NCBI GenBank assembly: GCA_950097015.1 | Contig: CATNEN010000038.1 | Coordinates: forward strand, 21,514,001-21,578,000 | Source: Macrostomum hystrix | Taxonomy: Eukaryota; Animalia; Platyhelminthes | Reading direction: 5' to 3' | DNA: 64,000 nucleotides | Shown here: one piece after another, positions 12,301-24,300 of the stretch | How the letters are laid out: every line of letters starts with the position of its first letter | Numbering within the stretch: the first letter of the stretch is position 1 | The notes under the pieces: generated by a model | Databases searched by the model: none | The model's input: the letters and a program-made list of their open reading frames with translations, nothing else | What the model was told of the DNA's origin: nothing | Made by a program: the position numbers and the translations under genes

Positions 12301-15300
12301 TATGAGTGAGGGAGAGTGAGTAAGAGTGAGGGAGAGTGAGTAAGAGTGAGGGAGAGTGAGGGTGAGTGAGGAAGAGTGAAGGAGAGTGAGGGAGAATGAG
12401 GGAGAGTGAGGGAGAGTGAGGGAGAGTGAGGGAGAGTGAGTATGAGTGAGGGAGAGTGAGTAAGAGTGAGGGAGAGTGAGGGTGAGTGAGGGAGAGTGAG
12501 GGAGAGTGAGTAAGAGTGAGGGAGAGTGAGGGAGAGTGAGGGAGAGTGAGTATGAGTGAGGGAGAGTGAGTAAGAGTGAGGGAGAGTGAGGGTGAGTGAG
12601 GGAGAGTGAGGGAGAGTGAGTATGAGTGAGGGAGAGTGAGTAAGAGTGAGGGAGAGTGAGGGTGAGTGAGGGAGAGTGAGGGAGAGTGAGGGAGAGTGAG
12701 GAAGAGTGAGGAAGAGTGAAGGAGAGTGAGGGAGAATGAGGGAGAGTGAGGGAGAGTGAGGGAGAGTGAGGGAGAGTGAGTATGAGTGAGGGAGAGTGAG
12801 TAAGAGTGAGGGAGAGTGAGTAAGAGTGAGGGAGAGTGAGGGTGAGTGAGGAAGAGTGAAGGAGAGTGAGGGAGAATGAGGGAGAGTGAGGGAGAGTGAG
12901 TAAGAGTGAGGGAGAGTGAGGGTGAGTGAGGGAGAGTGAGTAAGAGTGAGGGAGAGTGAGGGTGAGTGAGGAAGAGTGAAGGAGAGTGAGGGAGAGTGAG
13001 GGAGAGTGAGGGAGAGTGAGGGAGAGTGAGTATGAGTGAGGGAGAGTGAGTAAGAGTGAGGGAGAGTGAGGGTGAGTGAGGGAGAGTGAGGGAGAGTGAG
13101 TAAGAGTGAGGGAGAGTGAGGGTGAGTGAGGGAGAGTGAGGGTGAGTGAGGGAGAGTGAGGGTGAGTGAGGGAGAGTGAGGGAGAGTGAGAGTGAGTGAG
13201 GGAGAGTGAGTAAGAGTGAGGGAGAGTGAGAGTGAGTGAGGGAGAGTGAGGGTGAGTGAGGGAGAGTGAGGGTGAGTGAGGGAGAGTGAGGGAGAGTGAG
13301 GGAGAGTGAGGGAGAGTGAGGGAGAGTGAGGGAGAGTGAGGGTGAGTGAGGGAGAGTGAGGGTGAGTGAGGGAGAGTGAGGGAGAGTGAGGGTGAGTGAG
13401 GGAGAGTGAGGGTGAGTGAGGGTGAGTGAGGGAGAGTGAGGGTGAGTGGAGGAGAGTGAGGGTGAGTGAGGGTGAGTGAGGGAGAGTGAGGGTGAGTGAG
13501 GAGAGTGAGAGGGAGAGAGGGAGAGTGAGGGAGAGTGAGGGTGAGTGAGGGAGAGTGAGAGGGAGAGAGGGAGAGAGAGAGCGGGAGAGATGAGAGAGGA
13601 CACTGCCCATTGAATTTCAATAATCTAATGTTGGAATCGATTCCAATATGTATCGAAAAAAATTGAAATCAGGATTCGAACCAAGGCAACTCCAGACGCG
13701 TTTCGCTCTTATTGGAGCTCATCAGTAGAGTCTAGCCTAGCGCTCTAGCCATTAGGCTATAGGCTCTTGTTCAAATCCGGGAGAGTGAGGGAGAGTGAGG
13801 GAGAGTGAGGAAGAGTGAGGAAGAGTGAAGGAGAGTGAGGGAGAATGAGGGAGAGTGAGGGAGAGTGAGGGAGAGTGAGGGAGAGTGAGGGAGAGTGAGG
13901 GAGAGTGAGAGTGAGTGAGGGAGAGTGAGGGTGAGTGAGGGAGAGTGAGGGTGAGTGAGGGAGAGTGAGGGAGAGTGAGGGAGAGTGAGGGAGAGTGAGG
14001 GAGAGTGAGGGAGAGTGAGGGTGAGTGAGGGAGAGTGAGGGAGAGTGAGGGAGAATGAGGGAGAGTGAGGGAGAGTGAGGGAGAGTGAGGGAGAGTGAGG
14101 GAGAGTGAGGGAGAGTGAGGGAGAGTGAGGGAGAGTGAGGAAGAGTGAGGAAGAGTGAAGGAGAGTGAGGGAGAATGAGGGAGAGTGAGGGAGAGTGAGG
14201 GAGAGTGAGGGAGAGTGAGGGTGAGTGAGGGAGAGTGAGAGGGAGAGAGGGAGAGAGAGAGCGGGAGAGATGAGAGAGGACACTGCCCATTGAATTTCAA
14301 TAATCTAATGTTGGAATCGATTCCAATATGTATCGAAAAAAATTGAAATCAGGATTCGAACCAAGGCAACTCCAGACGCGTTTCGCTCTTATTGGAGCTC
14401 ATCAGTAGAGTCTAGCCTAGCGCTCTAGCCATTAGGCTATAGGCTCTTGTTCAAATCCGGGAGAGTGAGGGAGAGTGAGGGAGAGTGAGGAAGAGTGAGG
14501 AAGAGTGAAGGAGAGTGAGGGAGAATGAGGGAGAGTGAGGGAGATTGAGGGAGAATGAGGGAGAGTGGGGGATCTATGGATTTCATGTATGGAATTTTTC
14601 TAAGAGCTGTTCCCATTAATTTTTGCAGTGCTATTTCAACAAGCTAAAGAATCCTTTTGTGGGCTTTCCAAACATGTCGGCCCTGTACCAGAGCGTACCG
14701 AATTATACTAAAGCTGACACGCTCAAATCTGTGCTAGAATTTCACGTCTCGCCTGATGAGCACGAGCTGGACGATAATCCCGGATTTATAAAGTACACGC
14801 TTCATCCTAGGGCTTGGTTTACTGACCATCCGGATGATCTGCGCGAGCTCAAGGAGTGAGTCTATAGTCTATGGCTTTTTCAATTGGCTGGATGCTGTTG
14901 TAAATAAATTTGGCATATTTTAAAATAGTATATAAAATAGTTTTATTGCTTATATGGATTGTAATTAAACCCTGATGTGGGTCTACAAGGATGTAGAATT
15001 CCAATGTATTTAGGATCTGGGATCTAGGATTTCAAGAATCTAGAATCTGGGATCCCGCAATGTTTCATTGTGGGATCTGAAGTCTCAAGGATCTGGAATC
15101 TGGGATCTGGGATCTGGAGTCCCAAGGATCTAGAATCTGGGATCTGGGATCTGGAGACCCAAGGATATAGAATGTGGGATCTGGGATCTCGAGTCCTATT
15201 GGTATAGAATCTGGGATCTGGGATCTGGAGTCCCAAGGATCTGGAATCTGGGATCTGGGATCTGGAGTCCCAAGGATATAGAATCTGGGATCTGGGATCT

Positions 15301-18300
15301 GGAGACCCAAGGATATATAATCTGGGATCTGGGATCTGGAGTCCCATGGATATAGAATCTGGGATCTGGGATCTGGAGACCTAAGGATATATAATCTAGG
15401 ATCCGGGATCTGGAGTCCCATGGATATAGAATCTGGGATCTGGGATCTGGAGACCCAGGGATATAGAATCTGGGATCTGGGATCTGGAGTCCCAAGGATA
15501 TAGAATCTGGGATCTGGGATCTGGAGTCCCATGGATATAGAATCTGGGATCTGGGATCTGGAGACCCAGGGATATAGAATCTGGGATCTGGGATCTGGAG
15601 TCCCAAGGATATAGAATCTGGGATCTGGGATCTGGAGTCCCAAGGATATAGAATCTGGGATCTGGGATCTGGAGTCCCAAGGATATAGAATCTGGGATCT
15701 GGGATCTGGAGACCCAAGGATATAGAATCTGGGATCTGGGATCTGGAGTCCCAAGGATATAGAATCTGGGATCTGGGATCTGGAGTCCCAAGGATGTAGA
15801 ATCTGGGATCTGGGATCTGGAGACCCAAGGATCTAGAATCTGTGGCATTTAAAAAACTCTAGAGGGTTTTAGAGAAAAGGCTTCTCGTGTACAAAGAATT
15901 CGGAAAAAGTCTGAAAACCATTGGGATTCTAAGCTCGAATTCTCTCCACAACCTAAATCTATTTTTTTTCCAGGCCGAACAATCCAGGTCCGAGGCGCAC
16001 TTGGACGGAAACCAAATTTCTGGTTTACAGCTTCGTAGACACTCAGGACATTGTTGAATGGGCCATTGCTGAGGTGCTCACCGGCACTAGAATTCGCGAT
16101 GGCGTCTACATGCAGATGCAGCCGTACATGTGCTGGCTGTATGACGAGTGAGTCCTCTGACTGGCCTGCCTGTCCACTCTACACAAATCTACTCTCTTCC
16201 AATGTCTTCTCTCCCATCCCATCTATTCTCTCCCATCCCATCTATTCTCTCCCATCCCATCTCTTCTCTCCCATCCCATCTCTTATCTCTCATCCCATCT
16301 ATTCTCTCCCGTCCCATCTCTTGTCTCTTTTCCTATCTCTTCTCTATTTTCCCATGTCCTTTTTCCCATATCCTATTTTCCCATGACTTCTCAGTCGTAT
16401 TATTTTTAAATGTCATTTTTTAACTCTCATTTCCAGATTTTTCAACACCTTCCGCAACTTTCTGCACTTCTTCCTAATCATCTCCTGGGTTGTGCTAGTC
16501 GGCGTCATTGTCCAGAAGATTGTTTACGAGAAGGAGTCCAGACTGAAAGAAATGATTCTTGTCATGGGTGTCAGCCGGCAGATCATGTGGCTAGCTTGGT
16601 TCCTATCCAGCTTAGGAATATTTCTAGTGCCCACACTTCTAGCTAGCTTGGTGTTACGGCTGACAATTTGCAAGTTGGTCAGCTTCAGCGTGGTGTGCTT
16701 TACATTGTTCACCTACTCAGTCCTGTCAATAGTGTCAGCATTCTTTTTCAGTACACTATTTTCAAGGGCCAACGTTGGCGCGACATTGTCCAGCTTCCTG
16801 TACCTAATGACCTACATACCCTACGCTGTATGCAAACTAATATTAAACTTGCAGTTGCATCCGATTGGTCATTTCATTTTGTCCCTATTGCCCAATGTGG
16901 CATTTGCCTATACCTTTGATGGTATATTGAAATTTGAGCACTTCTCAGTGCCAGTCTACTGGTCAACCCTGCGACAGTCGCCATATGTATTGCGCAATTT
17001 CACAGTGGCCGGAGCTCTGGCAATGATGTGGCTAGACACTGCCGTATTGCTAGCTGCTACGGCCTATATCGAGCAGGTTCATTCGGGCACTCGAGGTACC
17101 TCGAAATCCTGGTATTTTCTGTGCTCGGCCAAATTCTGGAAGCACATAATTAGGCGCTACCTGACTAGTTGGTACAGACAGAAGAGGAACAGTTATAATA
17201 ATCATAATCGGAGACAATCTGGCCAAGCGGGATCGGAATTTGAGGACAATTCGTCTGAGCAAACTCAGCAAACAAGCCAAGAAGAAGATTCTGTTAGCTC
17301 GGTGCCAGTTGTCATAAGGCGACTATGCAAAGCCTACGGCAGCCATTGCGTATTGAAGAATTTCAATTTGAGTCTATATCGGAATCAGCTCACGTCTCTG
17401 GTTGGCAAGAACGGCTGCGGCAAGTCCACTCTGATGTCAATCCTGTGCGGCTTAGACACCGCCAGCGCTGGTCACGTGACCATCTTCGGCTACTCGCACC
17501 CGGAGGAGTTGAGCAGCATCCGGCAGTGGATTGGTGTCTGTCCACAGTTCGATACCGTGTTTGGCTTGTGAGTTCGGAACCCCAAATCAAGTGTTAGACA
17601 TCTTGATTTCACTTGTTTAGACGCCTGAATCTTAAACTTTAGATGCCTGGTAGACACTTACTTCCTGCGAGTTAGACACCTACTTCTCACCTGTTAGACA
17701 CCTACCTTCTACCTGTTAGACACCTATTTCCTACGCGTTAGATGTCTGATTCCTAACTGTTAGACGTCTACTTTTTACCTGTCAGACAAACTTTACCTGT
17801 TAGACACCTATCTGGTAGACACACCTGTCTGTTAGACACCTACTTCCTACCTGTTAGACACCTATCTGGTAGACACACCTGCCTGTTAGACACCTACTTC
17901 CTACGTGTTAGACACCTGCCTTTTAGACACCTACTTGCTACCTGTTAGACACCTGCCTGTTAGACATCCACTTCCTGCCTGTTATACACCTGCCTGTTAG
18001 ACACCTGCATTTTAGACACCTACTTGCTACCTGTTAGACACCTGCCTGTTAGACATCCACTTCCTGCCTGTTAGACACGTACTTCCTACCTGTTAGACAC
18101 CTGCCTGTTAGGCACCTACTTGCTACCTGTTAGACACCTGCCTGTTAGACATCCACTTCCTGCCTGTTAGACACCTGCCTGTTAGACACCTGCCTGTTAG
18201 ACACCAACTTTCTACGTGTTAGACGCGCAGCCCTACAACTAAGCTCATCGCTCACCCCATTCAGTCTAACAGTCAAGGAGCACGTGGATTTCTACGGCTC

Positions 18301-21300
18301 TCTAAAAGGCCTCACTAAGGAGGAGCGCTGCGGCGAAGTTGACGAAGTTGTACACCTGCTGAGCCTGCCGGAGGACACCCAAGTCAACCAGCTGTCCGGC
18401 GGTCAGCGTCGAAAGCTGAGCCTCCTGTTGGCCTTCCTTGGCAAGGTGAACTTCGTCATCCTAGACGAACCCACAGCCGGTGTTGACCCGATATCTAGGC
18501 ACGCCATCTGGTCGATGATTCAACGCCTCAAGTCTGGCAAGACCATCCTGATGACTTCGCATCATCTGGAAGAGGCCGAAGCTCTGGCTGATCGCATCGC
18601 CATATTGGGCACCGGCGGGAAGATTCATTTCCACGACACGCCGGGCAAATTGAAGCGACTGTATAGCGACTCACAAATGCTCACTGTCTCCTTTGTTCAG
18701 GTGAGGCTTATCCCTGAATATTCTCCCCAAACACAACCTTATCCCCAAATCACAGTACTTTATCCCCAATTCATTAATACGTTATCCCCTAATCATAGAT
18801 AGTTTATTCCCAAAACATTGATCCTTTATTTCAAAATCTCAAATCATGCTTTATCCCCAAATAACAGATCTTTAAATCCTAAATTGTATATGAATCATCC
18901 CCAAATTATAAATTGTTTATCCTCAGATCATAAATCATTTATCCCCTAATCATAGCTCTTTATCCTCTAATCATAGCTCTTTATCCTCTAATCATAGCTC
19001 TTTATCCTCTAATCATAGCTCTTTATCCTCTAATCATAGCTCTTTATCCTCTAATCATAGCTCTTTATCCTCTAATCATAGCTCTTTATCCTCTAATCAT
19101 AACTCTTTATCCTCTAATCATAGCTCTTTATCCTCTAATCATAACTCTTTATCCTCTAATCATAGCTCTTTATCCTCTAATCATAGCTCTTTATCCTCTA
19201 ATCATAGCTCTTTATCCTAATAATATCTCCTTTATCCTCTAATCATAGCTCCTTTATCCTCTAATCATAGCTCCTTTATCCCCTAATCAATGATTCGTAA
19301 TCCCTAATCTCATATCATAATTTATACCCAAATCACAAATGATAATTTATCCTTAAATCACAGATCTTAAAATCCTTAAATCAAGGATCATTTATCCTCG
19401 AATCGTAGCTCGTATATTCTTTATCCCTAAATCACAGGTCATAAATCTTCAAGTCCCAAATCCTTATATTCAAATCCCAGGTCTACCCAGTCCAAGTTCT
19501 TTCTCCTTGTTCAAGAAACCAAAACCTCGTATTCCATCCCCCTGGGGAAAGACAACGGGGCTAGTTCAAACACTACTTCACGATAGCTTACAAACCGAAT
19601 GACCGATTTTCGTGAAATTCCACTTAGACTAAATTAATAAAAGTGGATTAAAGTGGAATCAATTACAATCAATTAACTTATACTTAGAAAGCAAAGTAAT
19701 AAATGGCATTTCTTCGCAAATCGAAATGCTCACAGGGCGCGGACTGTCGGAGCCACGCCAATCAGTTGTGCGAGCTGCTCAACGCGTGCGTCGCCCAGGG
19801 CGTCGTCAACTCGCCGGCTTCCTCGGCAGCTTCGTCAATCGTCAGCGGCCAGTCGACAACCGCCCGTCTAGAATGGCAGAAGCGAGGCAACGAGTTATAC
19901 TTTCGAATTCCCCACTCAGTGGCGCAGCGCTGCATGACTGAGGTGTTGAAGTGCATCGAGATTGAAAAGTCTCGCTACCAGATACTTCGCTTCCAAATCT
20001 CTCCGCCCACTATGGAGGACATCTTCTTCCTCATCACCGGCAGTCAGGGCGACGAGGCCGACGAAGATGGTCTGGCTCTGCAGAACTCAGAAAATTTGAG
20101 CACAATTAGTCAGCGTGTTAGCGACTTGTCGTTTATTAGAACCGATCTCGCGGACGACCCGGGTCTGCCCAGCTCTTTGCCGGGCCATTTCACCGGATAC
20201 GAACTCTCGGACTCTGGCGCTGCTAGCGTAGTCGCCGGCGCTTCTACTGACAATATCGACTTTCTTGACGGTCGCGGCTTTGGCAGTTTGCAGGGCAGCC
20301 AGTTGAATTTGGTGCCAGATCAGTCGATCCTTGGCTGCAGCACTGGCAGGCCAAAAGTGTCCACACTGGTTCTACTGTTCTGTCAGGTGAGACTGACTCT
20401 ACCTACTGAGCCTGTTTTAGAACCTGTTAGATAGTAAATATCCCACCTGTTAGATAGTCAACATCCTACCTGTTAGATAGCTAAGATCTCGCCTGTTAGA
20501 TAGTCAATATCCCACCGATAGTCAATATCCCACCTGTTAGACAGTCAATATTCCACCTGTTAGATAGTCAATATCCCACCTGTTAGAGATTCAAGATCTC
20601 ACCTGTTAGGCAAATAGATCTCACCTGTTAGACACATTGATCTCACCTGTTAGGCACATAGCTCTCACCTGTTAGGCAAATAGATCTCAACTGTTAGTCA
20701 ACCAGATCCCACCTTTGAACCTGTAGCAAAATATCCTATTCATCCCAATTCTCAAGGCAGAGGCTATTATGCTGAAGCGCCTCCGGTACATGACGCGAAC
20801 TCCGAGCTGCTTGCTAACGAACATCTTCCTGCCCTTCCTATTCCTCGCCGTCGCCGTGGCTCTGATTAAACTGAGGCCGAGTTGGCGCAATTCGCCCCCA
20901 GTAGAAATTCATCCCTGGCACCTGAAGCAGGGATATCCTGATCAGTCGAATACTATGCACTTCTTCTTTGACCATCCTGATCATCTTAGCGGATCTGCTG
21001 TGCAACCACCGGCCGCTAATCTCTATGCGGAACAGCTGAATCGTGGATTACAGGTAAATTAGAATGTCTGTTTTAGCCCGTTTTAGCCTGTTTTAGCCTG
21101 TTCTAGGCTGTTTTAGTCTGTTTTAGTCTGTTTTAGCCTGTTTTAGCCTGCTCTAGGCTGTTTTAGTCTGTTTTAGTCTGTTTAACCAGTTATTGCCTGT
21201 TTTAGTCAGTTTTAGTCTGTTTTAGCCTGTTTTAGCCTGTTTTAGCCTGTTTTAGCCTGTTTTAGTCAGTTTTAGCGTGTCTGTATCTGCATCGGCATAA

Positions 21301-24300
21301 GCCTCTATGCCCATCAATCCAGGCCTGCCGCTGTATGAATTCGTCTGTCTACAGCATGCCGAGCTATCAGTGCCACCAGCACTTAATGGAACTCAATGAC
21401 ACGGATAGGCTAGACCAGTCCTGCAACGCCTGCAGCTTCTATTGCCAGCCTGTGAGCACTGAGCATTTCACCTCTGATCTCCTATTCCATCTAATCTCCC
21501 ATTGTTTTTAATCTCCCTCTATTCCCTAATCCCTAACCCTAATTCCTAATCCCTCTAATTAATCTAATCTCACATTCCCTCTAATCTCCCACTCCCTCTA
21601 ATTCCTAATCACCATCCCTAATCCCTAATCCCTCTAATCCTAATATAATCTCAAATTTCTCTTTTATCTCCCATTCCCTCTAATCCCCAATCCATAATCG
21701 CTATAATCACTAATCTAGTCCTCCATTCTTTCTCTAATATCCCAATACGCCTGTAATCCCCATTGAAAACCACTCGCAGCTGGACTTCCCGCATCAGACT
21801 AGACGCATAGCAGTGGCGGACATTCTACACAAGCTTCCAAGAAATGGCAGCCGCCAGTTCAACATCTCTAATTGGCTAATCCAGACTAGCAACGACTATC
21901 TGTTGAATAGATTCGGCGGAGCCTCATTCAGCGAAGTCAATCCATTGACGGACGCTCTGGCTAGAGCTCGAGACGCGCTGAACCTGTCTGTCAGTCAGTT
22001 GCACAATGCCACTTTGCGCGAATCGCTGCAGTCCATCGCCAACCTCAGCGACATTGTCCAGTTCATGGAAGCATTCTATGGCCGACGTTGGAGCTCAAAG
22101 GTCTGGTTTGACAACACCGGCTACATTGCCGCCCCGGCCTATTTGAATGTGTTCAACAATGCCAGACTGCGCGCTCTGATGCCGGCTGCAGGTCCGTCAG
22201 CGTTCCAGCAGCTGCCGCGGTCTGGCATTGCCGCTTTTCTCGAATCACTGCCGCCAGACGGTCAGGGACTCCGTCTTGATTTCGAGTGAGTTTTTTACTT
22301 ACCTACTTATAGTAGATGGACTAGCAGTCTAATAGACTTTTTGATAGATCTATATTGCGCAGCGCATCAAAAGACAATGTACAGCTGTTCAGTCCATGGA
22401 CTGGTGGGTAGGTTGAGCGGGCTGTGAATTAATTTCAAACCCCCAGCCAGTGAGGTGTCAATTCTGCCCATTTCGCTGACTCCTGAGCACACACGCTCAC
22501 AGATACTGTACGCAGGCACACACTCACACAGGTGTGTACATCTGCCCTGACTTTCTCATCGTCAGGCAGTGTACACTCTCACTGTGCCTTGGAGGTTTGC
22601 CCTCAAGGGCGTGAATTGCACGACAAGCCCCCATGAAAGCTCAGATAAAAATTATATTTTACAATTTTATTTCTTACGTAAAACTTGTTAAATTTACTGA
22701 ATTTTTTATCTATGAAATTCCAACTACCCTACTCATAGTAAAATCCGTTGAAGCAAATGCATAATAAGCAGCCCATTGCAGCAACTACGGCTATCTAATG
22801 GCATTGGTTGGCGTTCTCATCGCCTTGTCACTGTCGGCGTTTCCCTGCTCATCGATTTGTCTCCTAGTTGAAGAGAGGTCTTCTGGCGCACTGCACCTGC
22901 AGAAACTTTTCACCATTCCGCTGTGGCTGTACTGGCTGGTGAATTTCTTCTTTGATATGGTAATGATGTTATTTTATTAAATTAATATGCTCTTAAAATT
23001 TACTTTCAGATTTCAGAAATGGCCTGCAAAAATGCTTTCCGAATTGACTTAAGAATCAAATAATATTCATGAGAGAAAATTATTTTATTTTACCCGAAAA
23101 AACATTTTTTGTAATCCTTAACGTTCTCTCAGTTAATCTACGCGTGCATAGCAACAGTTGTCACGGTGACGCTTTACCTGTTGGGCGGCGAGTCGTTTCA
23201 AAACACCCAGGACGTCATGGCAGTTGCTGTCGTCTGCTGGAGCTACGGGTGAGTGCGGATTTTAAGCTGCTAATCCTCTTGGGTGGGATTTTGATGCCGC
23301 TAATCCCCTTGGGTGGGATTTCGATGCCGCTAATCCCCTTGCGTGGGATTTTGATGCCGCTAATCCTCTTGAGTAGGATTTTGATTCCGCTAATCCTCCT
23401 GAGTGGGATTTTGATGCCGCTAATCCTCTTGAGTGGGATTTTGATGCCTCTAATCTTCTTGAGTGGGATTTTGATGTGCTAATCCTCCTGAGTGGGATTT
23501 TGATGCCGCTAATCCTCTTGAGTTGGATTTTGATGCCGCTAATCCCCTTGGGTGGGATTTCGATGCCGCTAATCCCCTTGCGTGGGATTTTGATGCCGCT
23601 AATCCTCTTGAGTAGGATTTTGATGCCGCTAATCCTCCTGAGTGGGATTTTGATGCCTCTAATCTTCTTGAGTGGGATTTTGATGTGCTAATCCTCCTGA
23701 GTGGGATTTTGATGCCGCTAATCCTCTTGTGTAGGATTTTGATGCCGCTAATCCTCCTGAGTGGGATTTTGATGCCGCTAATCCTCTTGAGTAGGATTTT
23801 GATGCCTCTAATCTTCTTGAGTGGGATTTTGATGTGCTAATCCTCCTGAGTGGGATTTTGATGCCGCTAATCCTCCTGAGTTGGATTTTAAAGCTTAAAA
23901 TCCTCCTGATTGGGATTTTTAAGCTTTTAATCTTCCTGATTTTCAGGGCGCCTATCTTTTTAGCTGGGTTTTAATTCCTTTAATACGATTCTTATAAGTT
24001 TCTAATCGTTAAAATGCCAATCACCACCACTTTCAGACTGGCTGCACTGCCCATGAACTACCTATTGTCATTGTTCTTTGCAGAGCAAAGCAGGGCCTAT
24101 ATCAGCCTGTTCGCAATGAACCTGCTGTTGAGCATATTAACCTGTCAACTCTACTCAATAGTTTACGTACTACAGCAATACAATCCGCAGCTGCAGAAAA
24201 TGCTTCCAACTCTTCAGTGGGCACTGTTGATCGCTATTCCACAGTTCGGCATAGCGGAGAGCATCTATCGTGTCCAGACTAATTATTTCCTAGGCAAAGT

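Larger units (their letters stand above)
9282..14572. repeat. Composite higher-order array: (GGGAGAGTGA)n 10-bp purine-rich blocks alternating with five ~180-bp cassettes
   Basis: Cassettes recur at offsets 0, 1589, 2279, 3868 and 4548, giving spacings 1589/690/1589/680 and a ~2.28-kb superunit. Confidence 0.95.

Noticed and set aside
9169-14300. Many (LTLPHSPSLS)n ORFs on the minus strand
   Set aside because: The pyrimidine strand of the 10-bp repeat lacks stop codons and is open in all frames.
9282-14572. CRISPR-like repeat-spacer layout
   Set aside because: Eukaryotic intron, ~180-bp constant units, spacers are simple repeats, no cas genes.
15024-15848. ORFs over the 37-bp array and similar ORFs at 3841-4487, 23069-23691, 34476-34800 and 44192-44655
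   Set aside because: Repeat-derived translations in intronic or non-coding DNA.
21520-21640. Interstitial telomeric (CCCTAA)n
   Set aside because: Only isolated hexamers within a degenerate CTAATCC repeat; the 60001-60600 array is likewise a 16-mer.
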